Positions 1-8,207 of a DNA stretch of 64,000 nucleotides are shown here, piece after piece (positions within the stretch are counted from its first letter, which is position 1; each line of letters opens with the position of its first letter). The notes beneath the pieces were generated by a model. That model was not told the origin of the DNA. It did no database searches and was given only the letters and a program-made list of their open reading frames with translations. A program made the position numbers and the translations under genes. Source of the stretch: a bacterium (lineage in GTDB: Bacteria > Electryoneota > Electryoneia > Electryoneales > Electryoneaceae); the NCBI GenBank assembly GCA_963675295.2, contig CAXXKJ010000002.1, positions 2,144,001 to 2,208,000 on the forward strand. Reading direction: 5' to 3'.

Positions 1-268
1 CTACAACGGCAAAGTGGCGAACGTGAGCGAGGGCGGCATGATGTTCTCCACCATGTTCGGCGGCATGTTCGGTCCCGGTTCCAAGCCGGTAGGCAAACGG
101 ATCCAGTTCGATCTGAAGCTGCTCTCGGAAAAATTTCCCGGACTGACCGGAACCGTGAAGCACGCCTGGCCCCATCCAAAGCTGCGGGAAATTGTACTCG
201 TCAACATTGCATTTGACCACTTATCGCCTGGTACCAGCGGACGTATGATGAGACTATTGAAGCGGTAA
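1..268 (+). CDS. 3' part of a PilZ-like domain protein (truncated by window edge)
   Basis: Frame open from base 2: YNGKVANVSEGGMMF...; the NxSxGG motif resembles the PilZ D/NxSxxG motif; stop TAA at 266-268. Confidence 0.45.
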   Translation, partial: YNGKVANVSEGGMMFSTMFGGMFGPGSKPVGKRIQFDLKLLSEKFPGLTGTVKHAWPHPKLREIVLVNIAFDHLSPGTSGRMMRLLKR

Positions 269-423
269 CGAGATTTACCTCAAGTAGTGCTCACAGGCGT
301 AGTACCTCTCAGTGTCTGCCTCGTTGACGGATTCGACATGATCCCGGGAGAACCGGGACATCTCGAATCCGTCCTGTTTCTGCGCTATCATTAGAACGAA
401 TCCACCAACGCGCGGAACTCACC

Positions 424-3400
424 ATGCTCGAAACGCTTTCCCAGCTCTCGGATCACCTCGCCGCCTGGGCCTCTCGCCCTGAAAACAGCGAACAGCGCAC
501 ACCGCTGGCATCGGCCGTGCTCGACGCCGCGGCAGCGACCCTGGACGACGCGAACGACCTGCTCACCGAACAGCAACGGGACATCCTGATCCAGTTCCTC
601 GAGGATACCAGCCGTCCGGACTACCTTGAGGCGCTGCCTGATGACGATGCCCGCCACCGGTGGTCGGACGTCGCACTGGAAGCGGTGGAGCGCAGCGGGT
701 ACACGCTCGAAACGATGCTCAACGCGCGGGTGCGGGAAATCCCAAGTCAAACCTATTTCGAGGAATTGAAGCCTGGCGATTCGATCCGCTGGAGCTACGC
801 TCAGGTACAGCGCCGGGTCCAGGCTATTGCGGCAGTGTTTCTGCGCGATTCGGGGGAGGATACACCGCGTGTCGCATTGCAGGTCGACAACTCGCTGGAC
901 GGCGCCTGCTGCGACCTCGCCTGTTTGTTGCACGATATCCTGATCGCGCCGTTGAACGTCCACTTCGACGCCGAGGAGCTGGCGTGGATTATCGAGCGGC
1001 TCGATATCAATACGGTTGTCGTTGATCGCGAGGATCGGCTCCGGCGGATGCACGAAGTCCGCAAACTGACCGGGAAACAGTTCCGCATCTACGCGATCAA
1101 CCTCGACCGCGAACGTGTTGAGGGACGAGCGATCTCGCTCGCGGAATCGGTGGCGCGGCTATCCACGGATGATGTCCGCAAGCTGCTCGAGCATCGGCCG
1201 CGATTCGGGCTGCACGACATCTGCACCGTGATGTTCACCTCCGGCAGCACCGGCCGGCCGAAGGGCGTCGCGTTTACCCAGTTCAATCTGGTCAGCAAAC
1301 GGTTTGCGCGTCATGCGGCGTTGCCGTCAGTTGGACGTGAAGAAGTCCTGCTCTGCTACCTGCCATTGTTCCACACTTTCGGCCGCTACCTCGAGATGCT
1401 CGGCATGCTGTACTGGCGCGGGAAGTACATCTTCGTCGGGAATCCATCCACCGAGGCTCTGCTCGCCGCGATCAAACGCACACGTCCCACCGGCCTGATC
1501 AGCATCCCATTGCGATGGACGCAGATCCGCGAACGTTCCCTCAGCAAGATGGAACAGCTGACCACGTCCGACGCCAAGCTGGAAGCGTTCCAGGACATCA
1601 CCGGCGGCCGTCTGCGCTGGGGTTTGTCGGCCGCGGGATACTTGGAACCGAAAGCGTTCCGTTTCTTCCAGACCTACGGCGTCGACCTCTGTTCCGGCTT
1701 CGGTATGACTGAGGCAACTGGCGGCATCACCATGAGCCCGCCGGGAGATTACCAGGACAACACGGTCGGCAAGCCATTGCCCGCGATGAAAATCAAGCTG
1801 GCGAAGTCGGGTGAGATGCTGATCGGCGGCGCATACGTCGCACGCTACCTGAAAGAAGACGGGGAAGGGCTCGAAGTCGAACCGGGCCAGGTCGAGGATG
1901 ATGGCGTCGAATACCTGCCCACCGGCGACATCTTCAAGCGGCTCAAGCACGGCCACCTGAGCATCGTTGACCGCATCAAGGACATTTACAAGAACAACCG
2001 CGGGCAGACTGTCGCCCCGCAACGTGTCGAGCGCAAATTCGCCACCGTGCCCGGCATCAAGCGCACCTTTCTCGTCGGCGATCACCGCTCGTACAACGTG
2101 CTGCTGATTGTACCGGATCTTGATGATCCAGTGCTCACGGACGCGCCCGACGAAGAGAGCCGCCGCGACTATTTCCGGCAGATCGTCACCGCCGCGAACC
2201 AGGATCTCGCACCCTACGAACGCGTCGTCAATTACACGCTGCTCGACCGCAATTTCGACGCGGATCACGGTGAACTGACCCCCAAGGGGACGTACAAGCG
2301 CAAGGCGATCGAGAAGAATTTCGAGGACGTGATCGCCAGCCTCTACGAGAGCAGCCACGTCGACCTCGAGGCGGCGGGGGTCAAGGTTCGCATCCCGCGT
2401 TGGATCTTCCGTGACCTCGGCATCCTCGAAAGTGACATCGCGGCGAAGGTCAGCCGCGAGGCGGAGTGCGATCAGGGCTGCCTGATGCTGGTGGACAACG
2501 TCCATCGCCGCTCGCTGCTTATTCGTCAGGACGAGCAGCCCGACTTTATCATCATCGGCGACCTCTCGTACAACATCCGCGACGGCGTACTCGACCTCGG
2601 CCTGTTCGCACGCCAACCCCGTCTCTGGATGGCGAACCCGGCGCTGATGCGTTTCGCACCCTGCCGCGAGGGCTGGGACGTTCCGTTTCACAAGCAAGTC
2701 GCGCCGCACGCGATGCTGCCGAAGAACGAGGACTACCGCAGCGTCGAACTGGTGCAGCCGGTGGAACCCCCACACCTCAGCGACACGCAGTTGCAGGAGT
2801 TGAATCTCGACCTGCAGGTGGCGCTGTTCGGTACCGTCGAACACGCGCTCGAAACGCTGGAGAAGTTGCGCGAGTCGTTGATTTCCTACGATGACCGTCT
2901 CGGCGGTGTCGCCCGGCTGCGCCTGACCGCGCTGGCGACGCATCCGGACGAACAGGTCCGTTGCACTGCCTACCGCATCCTGTTGCTGGACGAGCCGATG
3001 CTCGATTACAGCGTCTCGTTCCCGGCGTTCGTACAATCCGGACTGTCGTTCCTCAACGAAGAGTCGATCAAGTACATTTCGCGCGAAGGCTTCGGCAAAC
3101 GGCGGCTGGCGGCCCTGCGGCAACGTTTGTACGCCTACCGGCTGCACCTTAAGTGGCCGGCCGACCCGATGGTGCAGCGGCAGTTCAAGAACGTGTTCCG
3201 CCTGTTGGTCAACTTCGTCCGCTTCAACCCGGAGTACTACAAGACGGTCCGCGCGGAGCTGGCGAGCTGGTTGTTGCACCGTGTCGACCCGCAGATTGCC
3301 CGTTTCGCCGAGATGATGCTCGACCACATGGTTTCCTGGTTCGAGGGCCGGTTGGTCGAAAACGCGGCCTCGGTCCCGGAAACGCTGCTCGAGGAAATGC

Positions 3401-5136
3401 TCGTCTACGACGAGGACATGGACGCCCTCAGCCGTGACAACATCCAGGACCTGCTACTCTACACCACCTTCCTCAAGCAGTCGGTAATGCTCACCTTCCA
3501 CGAGGAAGATTTCGACATCGACCAGGTTCCGGCGGGGGGGATCTGGGTCTCGCGTGTGCAGGCGAGCGGCACCTTCAGCTTCTACCGGGTCAGCGTCAAC
3601 ACCATCGCCGGCAAGCATTTCGACTTGCTGCTGATCCAGCGGCAGGACATGAACGCCCGCGCGGTGATGGACACCAACCACTGGATGATCGCCATCGGCG
3701 GGCACCCGTACGGCCAGCGCGTCCTGCCACGCTTCGGCTGCATCCGCCCCGAACTGGCGACCATGTCGCTGGAGTACGTTAACGAGCTGACGGCATGGGA
3801 GAAAATCCGCGAATTTGCCGGCAGCGCCTACCCGAACAACCCGGCGATTCATGACGCCGACTGGCGACGGCTGTACGTCACCGCCATGGCAACCTTCTTC
3901 CGCGCGTGGAAATATTCCGGCAAACGCATCATCCCCGGCGTGCTCGCGCCAACCAATGTCGTCGTGCCGGAACTCGACTTCCGTGAGGAGGCATTGATCC
4001 TGTCGTTGAGCGGTTGGGACGATTACACCACTCCGCGCTCCCTGATCCGTCCGCTGTGGGCGAATTTCTTCCGCAAAACGTTGGCGCTTTACCCGATGTC
4101 GGCAAAAGTGCTAGACGACGAGTGGCTCTTCGATGCCGCCATCGAAGGGCTGGGCGCGACAGAGGGCGAGGCGTTCCTGCGTGAGTTCGCCGCCGAGCTG
4201 GACGCCCGCGAGGTACACTCGTTCCCCGTCAGTTTCGTGCAGGCGTTGGACGACTACATCGACGCGCTCAACAAGCAGTGGTATGTGCCGCAGCCGTTGC
4301 GCAATGCGATCCACCGCTACCACACGTGGGAACAGCTCAACCCGAACGTCACCGCGCAGGCCCGTGCCGAGCTGCTCGAGGGCCTGATCGGGATGTACCA
4401 CCTCGCGCGCGCCGGAGAATTGGCACGCTATCACCTCTACCGCTACACCTACTTCGAACACGCCAACGAGACGGTCAAAGAAGCGTACGATCTGCTGTTA
4501 CAGCAGTTGTGGGCCGAACCGGAATTGCACGCCACCCAGCGTGTTGAGCTGTCCGAGCTGCAGGCGGTGCTGGAAACGCAGGAGGACCGCGAGGTTTTCA
4601 GCCGGCTCGTCTTCCCGCGCGCGCACCGCTCGGTGAACGTCGAGGTGATGACCTACGGCGAAAAGGGCCGCCGGCAGGTGGTCGTGCGCACTGATCTCGA
4701 GGACAACCACGGGGAACACTACGACATCCGCGAGCCGATCGAACCGGAGGAGGTCGGGTCGCTGTACCGCCTGTTCTACCAGGAACGCTTCCCGAAATCA
4801 GTCAGCGAACAGGACCGGCACATCGTCGTCACCGACCAAACCGGCCGCGTCATCGCCGGGCTGACATTCAAGGATCAGGAGAAGGACGTGGTCCACATGG
4901 ACGGCCTCGTCACCTCCGGCCCGTTGATGGGGCGGGGGATCGCTACCGCACTGCTCGAGGATTTTGTCACCCGCATGGCCAGCCGTGGTGTCAAAGTGCT
5001 CAAAACCGACTTCCTGATGCGCGATTTCTGCGAACGGCGCGGCTTCACCATCAACAAGAACTGGGGCGGCCTGGTCCGCTTCATCTCCCAGGAAGAACCC
5101 GAGCTCGATCGCGGCGACATCCCACGGGATGACTGA
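424..5136 (+). CDS. 1570-aa multidomain protein: long-chain acyl-CoA synthetase (AMP-binding) + central helical/kinase-like region + C-terminal GNAT acyltransferase
   Basis: ANL motifs MFTSGSTGRPKG, GFGMTE, TGD, DRIKD, ELTPKGTYKR; C-terminal GNAT motif A-like LVTSGPLMGRGIATALL...FCERRGF. Confidence 0.85.
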   Translation: MLETLSQLSDHLAAWASRPENSEQRTPLASAVLDAAAATLDDANDLLTEQQRDILIQFLEDTSRPDYLEALPDDDARHRWSDVALEAVERSGYTLETMLNARVREIPSQTYFEELKPGDSIRWSYAQVQRRVQAIAAVFLRDSGEDTPRVALQVDNSLDGACCDLACLLHDILIAPLNVHFDAEELAWIIERLDINTVVVDREDRLRRMHEVRKLTGKQFRIYAINLDRERVEGRAISLAESVARLSTDDVRKLLEHRPRFGLHDICTVMFTSGSTGRPKGVAFTQFNLVSKRFARHAALPSVGREEVLLCYLPLFHTFGRYLEMLGMLYWRGKYIFVGNPSTEALLAAIKRTRPTGLISIPLRWTQIRERSLSKMEQLTTSDAKLEAFQDITGGRLRWGLSAAGYLEPKAFRFFQTYGVDLCSGFGMTEATGGITMSPPGDYQDNTVGKPLPAMKIKLAKSGEMLIGGAYVARYLKEDGEGLEVEPGQVEDDGVEYLPTGDIFKRLKHGHLSIVDRIKDIYKNNRGQTVAPQRVERKFATVPGIKRTFLVGDHRSYNVLLIVPDLDDPVLTDAPDEESRRDYFRQIVTAANQDLAPYERVVNYTLLDRNFDADHGELTPKGTYKRKAIEKNFEDVIASLYESSHVDLEAAGVKVRIPRWIFRDLGILESDIAAKVSREAECDQGCLMLVDNVHRRSLLIRQDEQPDFIIIGDLSYNIRDGVLDLGLFARQPRLWMANPALMRFAPCREGWDVPFHKQVAPHAMLPKNEDYRSVELVQPVEPPHLSDTQLQELNLDLQVALFGTVEHALETLEKLRESLISYDDRLGGVARLRLTALATHPDEQVRCTAYRILLLDEPMLDYSVSFPAFVQSGLSFLNEESIKYISREGFGKRRLAALRQRLYAYRLHLKWPADPMVQRQFKNVFRLLVNFVRFNPEYYKTVRAELASWLLHRVDPQIARFAEMMLDHMVSWFEGRLVENAASVPETLLEEMLVYDEDMDALSRDNIQDLLLYTTFLKQSVMLTFHEEDFDIDQVPAGGIWVSRVQASGTFSFYRVSVNTIAGKHFDLLLIQRQDMNARAVMDTNHWMIAIGGHPYGQRVLPRFGCIRPELATMSLEYVNELTAWEKIREFAGSAYPNNPAIHDADWRRLYVTAMATFFRAWKYSGKRIIPGVLAPTNVVVPELDFREEALILSLSGWDDYTTPRSLIRPLWANFFRKTLALYPMSAKVLDDEWLFDAAIEGLGATEGEAFLREFAAELDAREVHSFPVSFVQALDDYIDALNKQWYVPQPLRNAIHRYHTWEQLNPNVTAQARAELLEGLIGMYHLARAGELARYHLYRYTYFEHANETVKEAYDLLLQQLWAEPELHATQRVELSELQAVLETQEDREVFSRLVFPRAHRSVNVEVMTYGEKGRRQVVVRTDLEDNHGEHYDIREPIEPEEVGSLYRLFYQERFPKSVSEQDRHIVVTDQTGRVIAGLTFKDQEKDVVHMDGLVTSGPLMGRGIATALLEDFVTRMASRGVKVLKTDFLMRDFCERRGFTINKNWGGLVRFISQEEPELDRGDIPRDD

Positions 5137-5233
5137 GGGTGTCATCCTTATACCATCATCCTGCTGAACGAAGTGAAGGATCTCGTCGTTATCAGCCAAA
5201 TCAGCCAGGCAATCCCCATTGCCGGGTCTCCAG

Positions 5234-5256
5234 TTACCACGGACTTCAGTCCGTAG
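5234..5256. repeat. REP-like palindrome (TTACCACGGACTTCAGTCCGTAG)
   Basis: Variant of the palindrome at 7858, 11120, 49967 and 57031; contains the TGA stop of the 5246-6817 gene. Confidence 0.7.
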
Positions 5257-6817
5257 TTTTCAGCTCCGGCGCAATTTCGACCAACTGAGGCCCATCGAAC
5301 GGTGCGGCGACAACCCCGCGCGTGCGCGGCGGATCGAGATCGACTTCCGTGCCGCCGGTGACGGTGAGCGGGAAATACGCTTGGATGGTGTGTTGTGGGT
5401 TGTCAGGATCGTAGGTTCCGGCGCGGACGATATAGTTGTACTCACCGGATGCTGCGTCCGCCGGGACATTCTGCCGCAAGTCAGCTTCGTAGACGCCGTT
5501 CGCGGGGACGATGATATCTTCCCATACACGCAACGGTTCGGAGGGGTAGCCGTCCGGCCCGCGCACGATCACCCAGACGTCGGTGGTGAGGTCAGTATTC
5601 GTGTTATTGGTCATCACTCCGCGCCAGAAAAAACGACCAGGGGCTGGAATCGCACTCAGGTTACAGGTTCTGTCGATAGCAATCTCTAAATCCGTGTGCC
5701 AAGCAGCAAATTTAATAGCATAAAGATCGTCTTCAAAGGTGAAATCTGGCCGCATGTAAGTATATTTCCCATAAAGAATGGTCTCTCCATCTGGTGTGAC
5801 AAGTAGGATAGGATCTTCGACACTTGTTATTGCTGGCTCAAACTCTACTGTGTAGGTCCAATCCACAATGGGGGTTCCCATGGCATTAAAACGCTGCATC
5901 AAAATTTGATCATTAGTATCGAAATCTGGTATAGATGCAATATATCCACCATCAGGCAGGGGTTGCATCCTCTGCCGCGAATCACCCCAGTATCCATGTA
6001 CATCACCGTCTGGAGATAGCAGGAGTGCTGCGTATGTTAAGTCAGGTTCAATTGCAAAATCGCCATTAAGTAATAGGTTGCCGTCACAAAGTATATTGAT
6101 TGATTCAGCAAAATGAAGGGAATTGTTATTAGTACTTTCATAGCTCGTTGTATCAATAATATTTCCTGTTTGTGATGTTTTAACAAGATATACTTTATTA
6201 TTCATTCCCGTGTTTGAATAATTTATTGGCACATATATAATTCCAGCGATATTAGCAGCAATGTCATATGATGTTTCAGTACCATCCCAGTCAAAATGTC
6301 TACTCCAAACAATTTGGCATAAACTATCAAAATAATTAACATAGACTGATGCCTCTTGATTATTGATATAAACAGTACTGTTTATGTAACCACTGTAACG
6401 ATATTTGTGTGTATTATATGAAAAACCAAGGTATATATTAGACTGTCTTACGATATTATCTGGTTCAGAGTAAATAGAAAATGATGATTCTAAATAATTA
6501 CAATTACTGTCAAGTAAAAAATAGCCGGGATATAATAGTTCTAAGTTTAAAGCGTCTGTCGCATTTGATATTCCTTCAATCCATAAGATATCCCCGTCAT
6601 TTGTATACCTTGCACATTTAGCAATTTGATCAGAAGTTAGTGCTGTAAACAGTAGATCAGCATTGCTACAATATTCTAGATCTCCTCTAATATCGAACGA
6701 AGAGTCGCCAATTTGTATCTCCATGATAAGCTGGGGTTGGCTTTGTGAAGTTGATATGTAAGATACAATTGAAATAAAGCCGAGCAGTGTATAAACTATT
6801 TTGCCTTTACAGCTCAT
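5246..6817 (-). CDS. Secreted protein with AT-rich beta-propeller-like N-terminus and conserved C-terminal Ig-like domain; paralog of 15592-17097
   Basis: Signal-peptide-like N-terminus, GGAGG RBS; C-terminal ~140 aa closely match the 15592-17097 product (DVWVIVRGP, LRVWED, SGEYNYIVRAG, PQHTIQA). Confidence 0.8.
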   Translation of the reverse strand: MSCKGKIVYTLLGFISIVSYISTSQSQPQLIMEIQIGDSSFDIRGDLEYCSNADLLFTALTSDQIAKCARYTNDGDILWIEGISNATDALNLELLYPGYFLLDSNCNYLESSFSIYSEPDNIVRQSNIYLGFSYNTHKYRYSGYINSTVYINNQEASVYVNYFDSLCQIVWSRHFDWDGTETSYDIAANIAGIIYVPINYSNTGMNNKVYLVKTSQTGNIIDTTSYESTNNNSLHFAESINILCDGNLLLNGDFAIEPDLTYAALLLSPDGDVHGYWGDSRQRMQPLPDGGYIASIPDFDTNDQILMQRFNAMGTPIVDWTYTVEFEPAITSVEDPILLVTPDGETILYGKYTYMRPDFTFEDDLYAIKFAAWHTDLEIAIDRTCNLSAIPAPGRFFWRGVMTNNTNTDLTTDVWVIVRGPDGYPSEPLRVWEDIIVPANGVYEADLRQNVPADAASGEYNYIVRAGTYDPDNPQHTIQAYFPLTVTGGTEVDLDPPRTRGVVAAPFDGPQLVEIAPELKTTD

Positions 6818-6877
6818 GTTGCCTCCAAGTTGTACTCCGTTTAGGAGTGTCTAATTTCTCTTATTCCAAAGTTAGGC

Positions 6878-6904
6878 TTGACTGTAGAAAAAAAAAAGTA
6901 GGAT
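6878..6904 (+). promoter_or_regulatory. Candidate sigma70-type promoter with A10 tract in the spacer
   Basis: TTGACT (6878-6883), 15-nt spacer containing A10 (6888-6897), TAGGAT (6899-6904), upstream of the 6962 ORF. Confidence 0.3.
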
Positions 6905-6961
6905 CTTACTCAAAGAGCAACAATTGAGAGCATTTCAAATCCAACACAATGGAGATGGAGC

Positions 6962-7393
6962 ATGGCTTTACAGACCGTTTTGACGGACTACACAAACTAC
7001 TCTCTATGGGTTTCGGGAGAGTATACAGGTATTCGCGATTTCAGCGTAACCCCCACAAATTATGCCGGTTTTGCCTCAGCAATTTTGAAGATAAATACAA
7101 TTGCAAGTGTAAAGAGCATTGGTATGGAATGGAAGCCCGCGGGCACCGGCCTATATTTAAGACGTCTTCCTGTTTTCATTGATCTCGAAGCCGGGCGTTC
7201 GGATGGCAGTAATGACGGTGAGTTGCCGAGCTACGCACTGTTTCAAAATCAACCGATGGCCAGACTGGCTGAAGGCAATGTTCACTACCTGTATTTTGTA
7301 CATCCAGAAACACCGGCTGCAGTGCCATTGATCCGGGATGAGGCAAATCATCATAATAAACTAGGGACAGACGGTAGATTTTTTGTGAAATAA
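6962..7393 (+). CDS. Hypothetical protein, paralog of 13574-14071, probably 3'-truncated
   Basis: Shares LPVFIDL, ELP.Y and YLYFVHPETPAAVPL.RDE.NHH with the 13574 product; similarity stops after NHH. Confidence 0.7.
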   Translation: MALQTVLTDYTNYSLWVSGEYTGIRDFSVTPTNYAGFASAILKINTIASVKSIGMEWKPAGTGLYLRRLPVFIDLEAGRSDGSNDGELPSYALFQNQPMARLAEGNVHYLYFVHPETPAAVPLIRDEANHHNKLGTDGRFFVK

Positions 7394-7425
7394 AGAACGG
7401 AAAAACCACCATCTATCCCCGATTT

Positions 7426-7770
7426 ATGCTGCCGCAACCCTCTATCCTGCCGGACCCCTTGCCCAGCCTGCAGAAATTGAAGGGAGCTTTGCGCCGCTGG
7501 TTCCTCGAAGAATCGGTCGCGCGATTGTGGGATTACCCAACGACTACGAGCACGGGCGGACCCTGGCCGCTGCAGGTGCATCATGGAACAGCGGACACGA
7601 CGGTATCCGTGCTCAACAGCCGGTGGCTCGCTGAACAGATGCGACGGCATGAAGTCCCATTCGATGCAGATCACTTCCAGTACTTCGAAACACCATTCGT
7701 GGGACATGAACGAAATAAACTGAACTCGAGAGCTGCGATGGCAACGATTCTTGAAAACAACCTCGGCTAG
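7426..7770 (+). pseudogene. C-terminal remnant of alpha/beta hydrolase (paralog of the 14971-15417 segment)
   Basis: LRRWFLE.SVA, P.Q.HHG..D.TV.V.NSRW, YFETP, SR.AMAT.L.N.LG shared; the N-terminal part with the GxSxG nucleophile is absent. Confidence 0.7.
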
Positions 7771-7796
7771 CGGGCCTGCAGCGATTTGGGTAACAA

Positions 7797-7824
7797 GAAA
7801 ACGGGGAGCTCGAGGCTCCCCGTT
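7797..7824. terminator. Intrinsic terminator-like hairpin between convergent genes
   Basis: AACGGGGAGC-TCGA-GGCTCCCCGTT hairpin with A-run on the left (U-run for the minus strand). Confidence 0.7.
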
Positions 7825-8207
7825 GCTCTATCTGCACAACTGGGCGATCATCAATTCCCACGGACTTAAGTCCGTGGTAAGAAACCTGGATGAGCGGCAA
7901 CCATCAATCGGCCACCGGTAACCATGTACCGATCACCGATCACCGATTACCGATTACCGGCAACCGATTGTCGTTTACCGACTACCGACCACCAATTACC
8001 GTCTACCGCTTACCTCACCAGCATCACTTTCTGCGTGTGATCGAGCTGGCCCGGCACCGTTGCGCGGACGAAATACAGCCCGCTCGCCAGCGAGGACGCG
8101 TCAAAGCTCAACGCGTGCGTCCCGGCGGCGATGCTGCCGTTGTGCAGCGTCGCGACCTGCTGTCCGGCGACATTATACACCGCGACGGTCAGCTCCGCCG
8201 TTTCCGG
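7797..8207. repeat. Direct repeat copy 1: terminator + REP palindrome + heptamer tract + T9SS CTD coding sequence
   Basis: Aligns by eye with 11060-11416; the length difference lies mainly in the ACCGATC/T heptamer tract. Confidence 0.85.

Noticed and set aside
1327-3327. 666-aa antisense ORF (and similar long shadow ORFs at 27331-28440, 44356-46035, 58682-59737, 60786-61976)
   Set aside because: They mirror well-supported genes on the opposite strand, which is expected in high-GC coding DNA, and show no motifs
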